A DNA stretch of 64,000 nucleotides from Octopus sinensis (taxonomy: Eukaryota), in contig NC_043008.1 of the NCBI RefSeq assembly GCF_006345805.1, positions 38,378,001-38,442,000 on the forward strand, written 5' to 3'. This document shows positions 39,961 to 53,436 of the stretch, in pieces. The position numbers and the translations under genes are program-made. How positions within the stretch are numbered: position 1 is the stretch's first letter; each line of letters starts with the position of its first letter. The notes below the pieces were generated by a model, which was not told where the DNA came from, did not search any database, and worked only from the letters and a program-made list of their open reading frames with translations.

Positions 39961-41307
39961 AGATTAATGCAGGTGTAATTCAAATACTTTTACTTCCGAC
40001 ACATGTTTTTGAGATTTCACTGATATTATTCAAAAGGAATAAAATGGTGTAAAACAATGTTATCTTCTCTTCAGGGAAGTGAAGAAATGAAACTTGTCAA
40101 TAAGTCATTTTAACAGAAAATGATGGATATGTATAGTGATTAACTGAACGCTATTAATATTGTTTGAAAAAACGTTATATGATATAACATCAGAGGTAGC
40201 CTATAGAAAGAGGAGGGATAAATTAAAGAAAAGTTAAATAAATGACAAGTATATGACTTTATGTATAGTAAATAAAACCTTATAAACTAGGAAAAACCCA
40301 AAGTTTCTACCTTTAAAAACAAAGAGTTACAACCTCTTTACTTTTGTGATTTTTGCTACCTTGGTAACTATTTTTTCCATATTAATTGTTAACAAGGGAA
40401 AAATACATACATCTATTTATATATATATATATATCTTATATATATATATATAATATATATATATATAATATAATATATATATATATATATAGATAATGTG
40501 TGTGTGTGTGTGTGTGGTGTGTGTGTGTGTGTGGTGTGTGTGTATAAATATATACATGATCAAGTAGAAGCCAGGAAATGGGTGTTGCTCTGAATGGTTT
40601 CTGAATGTGATTTACATGTGTGCAGCAGCAGCATCAGCATCTCAGATATGGTAGAACTATTTTATTGTCAATCGTGATGAAGCTGTGATCGGAAAATCAG
40701 TTAATCAGTTACTGATCAATGAAGTAATTTCTGGCCATGAAGAAAAAGTCTAGTTTCTAATCCTAGGTTTTGGTAGGTAATTATGATGAAATCATTAGGA
40801 ATAAATGAGATTCTGAGACCTTTGCATTTGTGGAGAATTTTAGGGATTTACTGCATTACTGCATGTTGTCCAAGACACTAGAAAATTAGGTTTAAAAATT
40901 GCTTCTTTGATATTAGGAGACACTGTGTCTTCATAGTACCGAGGGAGATATGTTTGGTTTTGGTTTGTATAGGTATATGAATGTATGTACATAGGTCTAG
41001 GTATGTGTGTGTATGTATATATATATATATATATACCAGAGTAAGTACATAAATGTGTTTGTATGTAACATGGTGGAAAAAGAGTACTCAAATACCAGAG
41101 GTAGAGTTAAATGCATGAATGAGAAAGGAAAATTTTATTTTGTTTATTTTCAACATTGTATTTGCTATCTTTAAAAAGATTCAAAAGAGTTTTGTGTTAC
41201 TTGTTAGTAATTTCTTTTGTAGTTTCATAATTCTGATTTTTAAACATAACTGTTATTGCAGGGTTTAGTGAAAGAAAAGGCATTATTATTATTATTATTA
41301 TTATTAT

Positions 41308-41339
<32 letters not shown>

Positions 41340-41344
41340 TTATT

Positions 41345-41720
41345 GCCTTTGCACAACTTCTAATGCTGGAGATGTACTACAGTGTCAGCTGTTCACTACC
41401 AGGGAAATAAGGTAACACCTCTTATTTTTCGAGCGGTTCCAAGCAGTGCTGTTTTCTGCAAGTGCTCCACCCTTATTCCAGCCCCTATTTATTCCATGTA
41501 CTTCTTGAGATTTTTGCTCACTGTTCCCAGGGCTCCAATAATTATTGGCACTACTGCTACCTTTTTCATCGACCATAACTGCTTAACTTCCCAAGCTAGC
41601 CTGTCATATCTCTCGACTTTTCTTTCTTCCTTATCACATATCTTGTTGTCAGCCAGGCATGCTACGTCTATGACCCAGCATAATTTGTTTTCTTTCTCAA
41701 TTAAGACTATGTCTATCTTC
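41345..41720 (-). mobile_element. 5'-truncated R4/Dong-like LINE 3' end (REL endonuclease) inserted in (TAA)n
   Basis: Minus strand KIDIVLIEKENKLCWVIDVACLADNKICDKEERKVERYDRLAWEVKQLWSMKKVAVVPIIIGALGTVSKNLKKYME*IGAGIRVEHLQKTALLGTAR; short 3' UTR then (AAT)n; (TAA)n on both sides. Confidence 0.85.
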
Positions 41721-41738
41721 TTCTTCTATTTATTATTA

Positions 41739-41770
<32 letters not shown>

Positions 41771-41904
41771 TAGTAAGTATTATGCAGATGAGTAGTATAT
41801 TTGTCCTTTATGGCATTCCATACTTCTTGCTAGCTTCTGTAGTCTCTCCCTCAGCATCTTTAGTATCTCCATGTATGTTGGTGTGAGATGTTCTTTCTTT
41901 CATA

Positions 41905-42178
41905 CACTCCTCTCCATACATCTTCTGCAACTTTGCATAGGCCTCTGAGCAGGTATCGCCATGACAACTTTTTCTGTCATGGTCAATGCGACAATCAGAC
42001 GCTACACACCTTCCTTCTAAGTAGTGCTGTAAACAGCAGAAGTGAGCTAGAATATCAAAACTTAATGTGCATGCACAACAGTATTTAAGATCAATTTGTG
42101 TCCAGCAGCTTCATTCTACATGCTCTACCTTCGTTATTATAGGAACAGTCCAGATATTTATTGATCAGACCTTGTGTA
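41905..42178 (-). mobile_element. Mariner 5' end, same family as 55445-56537
   Basis: TIR TACACAAGGTCTGATCAATAAATATCTGGACTG; 5' UTR shared with the 55.4-kb element; ...AYAKLQKMYGEEC fragment. Confidence 0.8.
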
Positions 42179-42385
42179 TATATATATATACAGTTAATCC
42201 AAACAAGAAAGCACAAAAAAACACAACAACGCGAGGACGTGGAACAAATATAGTATTATTGAATGCTCAGGAAAGAAGGAAAGAAGGAAAGAAGGAGGGT
42301 TTAACATTTCAAGCGGAGCTCTTTGTCGGAAACATAGGAGAAGGAAAGATCCAGAGAAGGGAAGACAGAGGAAAAAAAATCGCCA

Positions 42386-42419
<34 letters not shown>

Positions 42420-42616
42420 ATATGTATGTATGCATGTATATTCATATATTTGTGTGTATACTTACATAGAAATGTATGTTATGCACATATGAATTATATG
42501 CAGATTCCTATGTGTACACAAATATATATATAATAACGTGCTCTACCTTCGTTATTATAGGAACAGTCTGAATATTCATTGATCAGACCTTGTGTATACA
42601 TATATATATGTATATA

Positions 42617-42650
<34 letters not shown>

Positions 42651-42741
42651 CATATTCATATATTTATGTGTATACATACATAGAGATGTATGTTATGCAC
42701 ATATGAATTATATGTAGATTCCTATGTGTACACAAATATAT
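42121..42741. repeat. Tandem duplication of a ~205-bp unit; copy 1 carries an extra insertion
   Basis: TGCTCTACCTTCGTTATTATAGGAACAGTC...GATCAGACCTTGTGTA and GATTCCTATGTGTACACAAATATATA occur in both 42121-42530 and 42539-42741. Confidence 0.9.
42193..42385 (-). mobile_element. Penelope-like terminal repeat with decayed HHR
   Basis: Homologous to 9985-10178; minus strand 42333-42299 GTTT-CCGACAA-A-GAGC(tcc)GCTT-GAAA-TG-TT-AAAC; (TA)n flanks. Confidence 0.75.
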
Positions 42742-43819
42742 AATTATATTTATTTTTATATGTTTATTGAAATGTGTATATGGGTTGTTTTCGATTTTTT
42801 CACTAAATTCTGTTATGACTCCTCCTACTCCTCCTCGGATGCAATTGTTAGTTTATTGCTTAATTTTTTTTCTATTTTTTTTCGTATTTTTGTTTTCTCA
42901 AACTGATATAAATGCTGCAACATGTTCTTGATATTTTCAATTGAAACAGAGCAGGAATAATCCCAAACACAAAGAGTGGGGGTGTGGTGGGGTGGAAAAA
43001 CATGTTCATATTAAATAGAATTTGGTACTTTCACGGTTTATATTAAAATGATTATTACTGTTATTATTATCATTATTATTATTATTATATTATGATGATG
43101 ATGATGATGATGATGGTGGCGATGGTGACGACGACGGTGATGGTGGTGGTGGTTGTGATGATGATGATGATGAGGATGATGAGGATGATGATGATAATTA
43201 TGTATTTTACAAAAGAAAGAAAGAGAAAAATACTCATTGCAAGAACTAGTCAGTACTTTTAGCAACAAAGGAATTTCCTCTGTACAAAGAAAATTCCAAT
43301 GAAATGGTGTTAGAAACATGATGTTGTATAACAGTGAGAAGTGTGCAATGAATTAAGGAAACTCTGCAGCAGCTGAGGTGAAAAATAAAAAAAAATGGGG
43401 GAATTTCTCTAGAATAGTCAAGAGAATGGTATTTTGCATCTGCATAAGTTGGATTTAAAATCAAATCAAAAATCAGAAGAGCTTTAAATTAGTGTAACAA
43501 CATGAGATGAAATAAATACTTGAGTTCTGGACAGAGTGTTTTGTCTGAGATGTATATGCATACACTCACTTAATTGCTTATTGCTGCCCATTGAATCCAA
43601 TAATGACCATTCCTCTTCATTTGTGAATTCTTTGATGACAGCACATTTCAGTCTTTAATAGGCAGTTTTGGTTTCAGAATCGGCAGAAATGCTTGATTAG
43701 AGAATCCAAGTTGCACTCAAAATGCATTTTTTTTTTACTTGTTTCTAGCAGTCCTGGATCTGTTTCTTCTCCATATCTTCAGCACTCAACTTACTCCAGC
43801 AGCAAGGACATAAAAGTGA

Positions 43820-44160
43820 ATATTTTCTACTCTAGGCACAAGGACTAAAATTTCTGGGGAGGGGGGCTAGTTGATTAGATCGACCCCAATACACAACTGG
43901 CACTTAGTTTAATGACCACGAAAAGATGAAAGGCAAAGTCGACCTCAGCGAAATTTGAACTCAGAATGTAAAGACAGATGAAATACCGCTAGGCATTTTA
44001 CCTGGCAGGCTAATGTTTCTTATTTCTTTATTGCCCACAAGGGGCTAAACATAGAGGGGACAAACAAGGACAAAGGGATTAAGTCAATTACATCGACACC
44101 AGTGCATAACTAGTACTTAATTTATCAACTCCCGAAAGGATGAAAGGCAATGTTGACCTT
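43820..44160 (-). mobile_element. Tandem family-B SINE dimer
   Basis: Two AAAGATGAAAGGCAA modules joined near 44016 (GTTTCTTATTTCTTT). Confidence 0.8.
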
Positions 44161-44251
44161 AATATAGTATATAAGATAGGAGTTGTAAAAATTTCAAGTA
44201 TCTACATTCACACCACTCACACACACACACACTGGTTATATATATATATAC

Positions 44252-44296
<45 letters not shown>

Positions 44297-44317
44297 GTGT
44301 GTGTGTGTATGTATATA

Positions 44318-44515
44318 CTGTTGTGTCTGGGGAGAGTCATTTTCTTTTTGTACCTTATAATGTAACACACTCACCAGTAAAACTTCCACTTATTTCTTAT
44401 TTTTATAAAAATAAAATAAAATAAAAATTAAAATAAGAAATAAGTGGAAGTTTTACCGGTGAGTGTGTTACATTATAAGGCACAAGAAAAAAATGACTCT
44501 CCCCAGACACAACAG
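44318..44515. repeat. 198-bp near-perfect palindrome (fold-back/MITE-like)
   Basis: Arms 44318-44404 and ~44430-44515 are reverse complements with a few mismatches; AT-only spacer. Confidence 0.92.
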
Positions 44516-44658
44516 AATATGATTCAATGCACAAACTCACATAAAGAATCTTGCAAACCAAATCCCAAAACAAAATATATTTTAAAAAATTTTTTTTATT
44601 TATCTAGTTTCAGCTCACTAGCTGTGGCCATGCTTATATATATATATATATATATATA

Positions 44659-44866
44659 GGGGGAAGCTTTATGAAAAATAAACAAAAGACGAAGGCAGGT
44701 GGAAGACAAACGAACAATTGTATTAGTAGGCGCTCAGGATATAAATAAAACAAGTCTTTAACGTTCGAGCCTACGCTCTTCAACAGAAAGATACACAGAA
44801 GGAGAAAAACACAGAAAGAAGGAGAGAAAAAAAAATGCGTGCAGTAGCTAACGAATCAACATGGCG
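44659..44866 (-). mobile_element. Penelope-like terminal repeat, third subfamily, with decayed HHR
   Basis: Minus strand 44791-44755 TCTTT-CTGTTGA-A-GAGC(gtag)GCTC-GAA-CG-TT-AAAGA; (TA)n on both sides. Confidence 0.65.
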
Positions 44867-46488
44867 ATATATATATATATATATAAGTAGATAGGTAGAA
44901 AGATAGATTTATAATATACATACATATATGATATATATGTATGTAAATATATATATTGAGAGAGAGAAAGGGGAGAGAAGACTGTGCAACTGTCACCACT
45001 GCACTGGTTAACTTGAAGTATTTGCTTTATTTGAAATCAAACTAAAGACAAGTACATTGCATTGTTTTGAATATTTTTTTATATAATAGTATTCTTTGGT
45101 TATGCACTTTCTTATAATTATGATATTTAGCATGTGAGGATTTGTATGAGGAATTATAGGTGATGTCTAGACCACTTCTTTATTTATACATCTGTATGTA
45201 AAGGGAGAAAGTGTAGTAAGAGATTTGTACATGTATATGCATAGGTATAAGTGAGCATTATTCGTTTTGAACAACTATGAAGTGCTATTTCTATACAAAA
45301 TGGAGCAATTAAGTACAAAAATTATTAATGTTGAAAGACAATAGAAATCAGAGCTAACAAAAGTGAAAATTCTGAACAACAGAAAGAAAAATCTTTAACA
45401 TTCTTTGAATGTAATTTAATTCGTTCTTTTTACACAAATTCTAAAACAGTTTTACAACACCGTTATCCTATTTAGTGATATTAGCTCTTCACACCTGTTT
45501 ATCATTACGTTGGTTAATGAGGTGTTTTAAGAACTTGGTACTCTGTAAACAGGTGTGCTGACCATATTTCTAATGAAATACAGTCTCTCACTTGTAACTA
45601 ATTTGGAAAATATAACCTGGGATTTGAAGGAATTTTGTGAAAATAAGCAACATTTCTATATTGGTATGGTGTTTGAAACATTACTTAACAAAAATTTTAT
45701 ACATATTATTACATTAAACTTGACCGCATGTCACCTTTAGTGACTCTACGAGTCATTCAGTTGGAAGCATTTGGCCCAGGTCTTCAGTTTGTACGCACCT
45801 CCCCCCGCCCACTTCCATTCCACCAGTCTTGGAAGACCTGTACAGGATCATAGGTACTGCCTGACCCCTTAATTTTTGTCCTTCACTTGTTTAAACCATT
45901 GGGCTCTAGCCATGTATGGGCACCCCCTTGAAAAGATCTTAGTTGTACAAATCAACCCCAATACTTATTTTTAAGTTTATCACTCTCTTTTCCTGAGCCA
46001 TTAAGTTATGGGGATTAAACAAACTAAGGATGGTTAAGTTGTGGCTGCATAGGAAGCAAACACAGATATATGAATATATATGTCAGGCTTCCCTACAGTT
46101 TCCTGGAGTTGCAAAGCAAGTTTCTTAACCAGACACCTATGCCTGAGTCTGGTGAAAAAGATTTCAAAGAAATGTGGTTGTAGTTCTGACAAACTATCCA
46201 CTCTGCCATTAAATATTTTCCTCCCACACCAAAAAGAGCAGATTAGATACAAGCAATGAAATATACAAGTGTGGCACTTTAATACTTAATTCTCATTACG
46301 CCGTTGACTCTGCATCATGTCCCAGAGCTAGCAACACATTACACCTGCTTTTGTGTAAACATTTATTTATATCAAACGCAGAAAACATACAAGCACTTCA
46401 GTGATTAATGGATATATCCATAGATACATAGATACCTACATACATATATATATGTTATATATATATATACACACTGTATATATATATA

Positions 46489-46537
<49 letters not shown>

Positions 46538-47054
46538 CATATATATATTTTTTATATATATGTGTGTCGTTTATGACCTCATATCTGTCTGCAAGCATTA
46601 CATAGTCTTCAACAACTTAGCTCAACTCGCTTAAGACTTCATGCCTAATTAAGAAATCATATTTATCAGAAACTGTTTCATTCTCATGTTGCACTTTACC
46701 AATTTTATTTATTTATTTTTTTCTGTATGTTTTCTTCTTGAGAAGATATCAAAATCAAACAAGCATTCATGCAAAGCAAACGATGGCGATGACAATGACG
46801 ATAATGATGGTGATGAGGATGATCATAATAATAGTGATGATGATGATGATGACGACGACAAACATATAATAATAAATATAAAAATGTAAAAAAGTAATGA
46901 AACTTAAATAAAAGACAAAAAGGCTATAGAAAACATGTACGAAAATTAATTGTTCTGAAAACTCAATATAAATCTTCTCATGCAATTCATAGATTCTTGT
47001 GAAGCAAAGTTGTCTAATTTAAGCAGCTTATATACAGTGTGCATTGCAACGATG

Positions 47055-47162
<108 letters not shown>

Positions 47163-47721
47163 GTATGTATTATATATATATATAAACAAATAAAAAGGCC
47201 ATCTTATCACCGAAGAATTGATCCGAGATGTCTAATACATCTACTGAGATCTGAACGAAAAAGTACTAAAATAAAACAGCAAAATAGCAGAATGTTACTA
47301 GCTTAGATTTCCCACAGAAAACTCAAGAAATAAACGTAAAGACAAAAATATTCTGAAATAATTTGATTGCTAAAAATGTTTATAAGTGAGTAGAATAAAT
47401 TCTTCGGTCAGCAATTGTCAGTGTGTCAGTGTCATCCTCATCGTTGTCGTCGTCACCCTCATTGTCGTCGTCGTCGTCATCATCATCTTTGTTATTACTT
47501 TTCTTTTTTTTACCATAACCCAATTGTAACGAAAATTACTGCAAATGTATGAAAATTAAGTACCAGAAACAGTAAAATGCAAATGGAAAAATCTTGTTTT
47601 TTACATTTACATACATACATACAGTCATACATTCATACACATGCACACATGCGCCCACACACACACACATATAACATTTCACATATATATGCATGTATGT
47701 ATGTATACATATATATAAGTG

Positions 47722-48000
47722 CATTATATCATCATTATCATCATCATCGTGTAATGTCCGTTTACCTTGCTGGCATGGGTTGGACGGTTCGACTGGGGTC
47801 TGGCAAGCCAGGAGGCTGCACCAGGCTCCAGTCTGATTTGGCAATGTTTCTACAGCTGGATGCCCTTCCTAATGCCAACCACTCCGAGAGTGCAGTGGGT
47901 GCTTTTTACATGCCACCAGCATGGGAGCCAGTCAGGAGGCACTGGCATCAGCCACATTCAGATTGTGCTTTTTACGTGCCACTAGCACAGGTGCCAGTCG
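47722..48000 (-). mobile_element. RTE-type 3' tail repeat
   Basis: (CAT)n...AATGTCCGTTTACCTTGCTGGCATGGGTTGGACGG...GGATGCCCTTCCTAATGCCAACCACTCCGAGAGTG. Confidence 0.85.
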
Positions 48001-48290
48001 GGGCGAAGGGGAAAATATATACATATATACATATTCATCAATATCATTATTATTACTATTAGTAGTAGTAGTAGTAGTAGTAGTATTTTTTAAACCTTAG
48101 TATACTACACATAAGTCCCTTCTTTATATTGTGTATACTTTCTTTCAATTTTTTTTTTTATATTTCATTTGATGTAAACCCTTACACTTTATATCTGTCT
48201 TTCTATTGTCCCCCTCATCCTTCACCCCTGTGGCAAATAAATAAAATCATCATCATATTCATTATTATTATTATTATTATTATTACTATT

Positions 48291-48675
48291 GTGGAGGCGC
48301 AATGGCCCAGTGGTTAGGGCAGCAGACTCGTGGTCATAGGATCGCGGTTTCGATTCCCAGACCGGGCGTTGTGAGTGTTTATTGAGCAAAAACATCTAAA
48401 GCTCCACGAAGCTCCGGCAGGGAATGGTGGTGATCCCTGCTGTACTCTTTCACCACAACTTTCTCTCACTCTTACTTCCTGTTTCTGTTGTACCTGCATT
48501 TCAAAGGGCCAGCCTTGTCACTCTCTGTGTCACGCTGAATATCCCCGAGAACTACGTTAAGAGTACACGTGTCTGTGGAGTGCTCAGCCACTTACACGTT
48601 AATTTCACGAGCAGGCTGTTCCGTTGATTCGGATCAACCGGAACCCTCGTCGTCGTAACCGACGGAGTGCTTCCA
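48291..48675 (+). mobile_element. Full-length, young-looking tRNA SINE (family E) with 10-bp TSD
   Basis: A box TGGCCCAGTGG (48303-48313), B box GGTTTCGATTCCC; CpG-rich; TATTACTATT at 48281-48290 and 48676-48685. Confidence 0.92.
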
Positions 48676-48774
48676 TATTACTATTATGATTATTATTATT
48701 ATTGTTGTAGTTATTATTATTATTGCTGTTATTATTATTATTGTTGTTGTTGTTGTTATTATTACTATTATTGC

Positions 48775-48828
<54 letters not shown>

Positions 48829-49670
48829 CATTATCGTTATTAAAGTGAAAAAGAAGATTGATGAAGAATTGGCCTTTCCAGGTAATGCAAAGAATTGAAA
48901 TTTGAAATCTATCAAATCCAAAAAAATTTGTAGGGAAGTGAAATTACTATATCCAAGCCCAAACAGCAAGAACTACTTTGCTGACATACTATGTAATAAA
49001 AGTTTTATATGTGCGTGTGTGTGTGTGTGTGTGTACGCGTGTGCATATGTATAAATATATTCATACATACATGAAAATTTGACATATGTCAATAATATGG
49101 ATATATTCATCAAAGAAATATAAAGTTTTCCTTCTGTTCCTCAATTATTTAGTTTGTCTTTTTTTCATATTTTTCACTTAAAGGATTTGCATTATTTAAT
49201 GTGTATGTTCAAAATTCAATTTTAATAAAACAGAAATCTATTTGATTTCTATTAGAAAGACACCTCCCAAGAGAGAATTTCATATTTTACATTTACGCAT
49301 CTTGTCTATTCATTTTCAGGCCTCCTATTGGCTTTTCTTTGTTTATTTATACAAAAATTTGTTTCTAGTTTGAGAGAGAGAATGAGGAAGAGAGAAAGGA
49401 AGTAAGAGAGAATGAGTGAAAAAGACAGAGGGAAAAAGAGAGAGAAAGGGTATGAATGATATGTATCTTCACAGCACGATCAATTGTTTTAACATCAGAT
49501 GATGGTTATAATATGCATAGATGGTCCTTCATCTATGTCAGTGGTGAGGACTCAGTTGTTGGTTCAACCAGATTTTGTACACCTGATTCAATGGATACGT
49601 GGCTGAGTATTCCTGAGACATGTATACTTAATTCAATCCTCATGCAGAAGCAGTGTGACGTATCTTTTAT

Positions 49671-49898
49671 TTTTACTCCTTTCAGCCATGAGACTGTGGC
49701 CATGCTGGGGCACCGCCTTGAAGAATTTTTAGTCAAATGAATTGACACCAGTACTTCGCTTTTTTTTAAATCCTGGTACTTATTCTATCAGTCTCTTTTG
49801 CTGAACTGCAATGTTACAGGTATATAAACACACTAACACTAGTTGTCAAATGGTTCGTGGGAGAACAATCATAGCTGCAGACATACACACACATATAC

Positions 49899-49964
<66 letters not shown>

Positions 49965-50030
49965 TTATATATTTATGCATTACAGGCTTCTTTCAGTTTC
50001 TGTTTGCCAAATTCACTCACAAAGCTAAGG
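49671..50030 (-). mobile_element. Family-A SINE, 3' portion
   Basis: TTTCAGCCATGAGACTGTGGCCATGCTGG...GGCTTCTTTCAGTTTCTG. Confidence 0.8.
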
Positions 50031-50035
50031 ACCTT

Positions 50036-50133
<98 letters not shown>

Positions 50134-50809
50134 CAGAAAGATAAAAAAATATATGCACATACATATATACATATATATATATACACACACACACATACAC
50201 ACACAGATGCACAGATATATATACATACACATATTTATATATAAATATTTATAAACACACACACACACACATATATATTTGTGTGTGTGTGCATGTGTGT
50301 GTGTGTCTATACACAGACAAGCAGGAATCAACCATTATTAATTTAGCTCGTTAATCATAAAATGGATAAATACAGTGAATGTTGAGAAAATTTTAAATGA
50401 TATTTCCCTTGTTTTAGCCACAATTATGAAATATTTCATGTTCTACAGCAACATTAATTCTGCTGACCAGCTAATTAAAAAATTTTAAGTATTTGTCACT
50501 AGATTGGAAATAAAATATGAGAAGAAAGACTTAATGATTAGTTTCAGGCATGAGGACTGAATCTTGTAGGAATTAGGAATGAAGATTTTATAACATTCAT
50601 ACTGTTCTCAGAAAGATGAGCTGTAAAATACTGTCTATGTAATCTCAAATTTTTAGACAAACTCATAATTTTCTTATGATATTTTTAAACATTCTCTAGT
50701 ACAACACTTAAGTACAAAACCAAATATATGACACTTCTAACTTGTTTCTTGAGGTCTCTGGGTGAGACTTGGAGCCAACTTGCACAAATACAAAGTAAAA
50801 TTCAAACAT

Positions 50810-51007
50810 ATAATGATAATAATAATGATGATAATAATGATAATAATAATAATAATAATAATAATAATATAACAATAATAATAATAATAATCATAATAAT
50901 AATAATAATCATAATTATAATAATAATAATGATAATAATAATAATAATAATAATAATCATAATTATAATAATAATAATAATGATAACAACAACAACAACA
51001 ACAACAA

Positions 51008-51040
<33 letters not shown>

Positions 51041-51075
51041 TACTATTATTACTATCATTATTATTATTATTATTA
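50810..51075. repeat. (AAT)n/(AAC)n/(ATC)n/(ATT)n compound microsatellite
   Basis: Direct reading. Confidence 0.95.
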
Positions 51076-51077
51076 TT

Positions 51078-51650
51078 GAGTGAGAGAGCACTGCATGCCA
51101 TCAAAGTAATACTGGGGTAAAATATACAAAGCCCAGTATACCCATCATGACTACCTGTCTGATAAGGGTACACCAGGCACATGCATCACAACCATATGTG
51201 CATGACATGGTGATCTCATATAAATATAAACAGTGCATGACCTTGCAGGTGGGGCCCAGTTAGAATTTTCTTCTGGTCAAGTAACCCATCCTGCTCAAAG
51301 GGTTATTTAAGGATGTTGAATGAAACATTCATGTTTCCAGAGGTGAACTATTCAAACCCCAAAGAATTTCTCTCAACACATGGCTATAATGCTCCTCCAC
51401 TACTGCTGCTCGTGATCAGAGATGCAGTTATCATCAGCCACTAAGGGACATGCTCAACTGGTCAAACAACTGACAAGCAAATCTGTGGTATTGAGCAGAA
51501 TATTTGCTGTAGCCCATCTTTTATACAAAGACAAATCAATGTACATGATAACACTTCCAATCACTTAAGATCAGAAGCCACAAGAGCCACCACCTGGTAC
51601 TGCATCAGGGCAAGCCACGAGAGCCACTGCTTGGTACTGCATCAGGGCAT
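51078..51650 (-). mobile_element. Unclassified ~570-bp element-like block embedded in (TAA)n
   Basis: Relatively GC-rich non-coding block with sharp (ATT)n edges and a 37-bp tandem duplication at 51575-51648; single copy in the window. Confidence 0.5.
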
Positions 51651-51670
51651 TATTATTACTATCATTATCA

Positions 51671-51726
<56 letters not shown>

Positions 51727-52479
51727 GTTTATTATAATAATTATTATTATTAATATTATCATTATTATTATTATTGCCATCATCCTCCTCATCATTATCA
51801 TTACTATCATTATTTCAGGATGTAGAAATATCTTACATTCCACTTCTAACTGACTAAACATTGCAAGTGTTCAATTTCTTGGAAACTGAAGTCATTCATT
51901 TCTATATTCCATACTGATATCTCACTGAAATAGTTATAGATGTACGACAAAGGAACAAAAAAAAAAAAGAGCAAACACAGACAAAAACAAAATATTAAAA
52001 AAAAACTGAAGAAAAGAAGAAAGAAAAATGGTGAGTATGTGAGATTACAATGAGACTATTTCTGCCTGGTTGTACTGGTCAAAGAAGATGTCACTATTTT
52101 ATAGTCCTTAGTGATAAGAAAGGTATGATTGAAATCTTATATTTGACCTTTGAACTTGACCTTTTGTGACATGGCAAAGATCCAATAAAGTTGCAATACT
52201 TCCCACAATATAGCTGAAACTGATTTCCGATTTTAACCATAATACATAAAAGAGGAGAAATTTCAGGAACTTTAAAAGACTGTCAGTGCTCTTTACTTAC
52301 TTATTTCTGTTTTTAGCTGGTCGTTTGCATGGATGGACAAGTAGAGAGAGAGAGAGAGGGAGGGAGAGAGAGACAGAGGGAAAGAGAGAGAGACAGAGAC
52401 AGACAGGCATTAAACTGATTTTGATGGTCACCATGGATGTAGTGTTGATGTCAGTGAAGGTGGTAGAGTTAGAATTAAT

Positions 52480-53020
52480 GAAGGTGGTAGTATAGAATGT
52501 AGTGGCGGTGGAGGTAGTAGTGGTGGAGGTAGTGGTGGTGGTGGTGGAGGTGACAGCCCCATAATATCGATGCTGGCAGCGATGGTAATGATGCAGTTAA
52601 GGCTGTTGTTATTGAGGGAGAAGCTGATAATCGCGATGGTGTTAATTTGATGCATGTCAGTGTGGTAGCATCTGCGATGATGAGGATGATGACGATGATG
52701 GTAATGATGATGATGATGATGATGACAATGATGATGATGATGATGATGACGATGATGATGACAATGATGATGATGATGGTGGTTGTGGTGGTGGTGGTGG
52801 TGGTGGTGGTGGTGTTGGTGAGGTTTTATGATGATGATTGTGGTGATGGTGATGGTAGTGACAATGGTGATGGTGATGATGATGATGATTTTGATGATGA
52901 TGGTGGTGGTGATGGTGGTGGCAATGGTAATGATGATAATGATGATGACGATGAGGATGATGACAATGGTGATGATGATGGTGGTGGTGGTGGTGTGTGT
53001 GTGAGTGTGTGTGTGTGTGT
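52480..53020. repeat. (GGT)n/(GAT)n compound microsatellite
   Basis: Direct reading. Confidence 0.9.
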
Positions 53021-53436
53021 GTTCATTGTGATTCAGGTATGGAGACTTGCAATCAGGATTAAATTTCTATGTCAACAATATGATGATTGTTGCACGTCTT
53101 CAGCTGTAGCAAGCCTGGTGTGCATTACATAATTACAACAGCGCTAAGATCAAAAATGCAGGCATTGCCAATAGATGTGCAATGGCTAAAGATGTGCAGC
53201 AATCATCAAATTATTGATACAGAAACTTAAAGTTCTGAATGTGAGTCTCTATACCTATATCATTCAATAAATATAGTCCTCTATTCCCATCAATATTAAG
53301 GTCTACTTCTTTGTTCATCACACGTGGTTTGTGTGTGTGTGTGTACACACACATGCATGTGCACACACATATGCACATGCGTGCACACACACACAAACAC
53401 ATATATAGTAAGTGGGTAACATTATATTTTTTTAAT

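Noticed and set aside
47205-47240. CCGAAGA...GAGATGTC hammerhead-like string
   Set aside because: GAAA is broken and neither stem I nor stem II pairs convincingly.
48291-48365. tRNA gene
   Set aside because: A and B boxes are present, but the sequence runs into a SINE body with TSDs and no closed acceptor stem.
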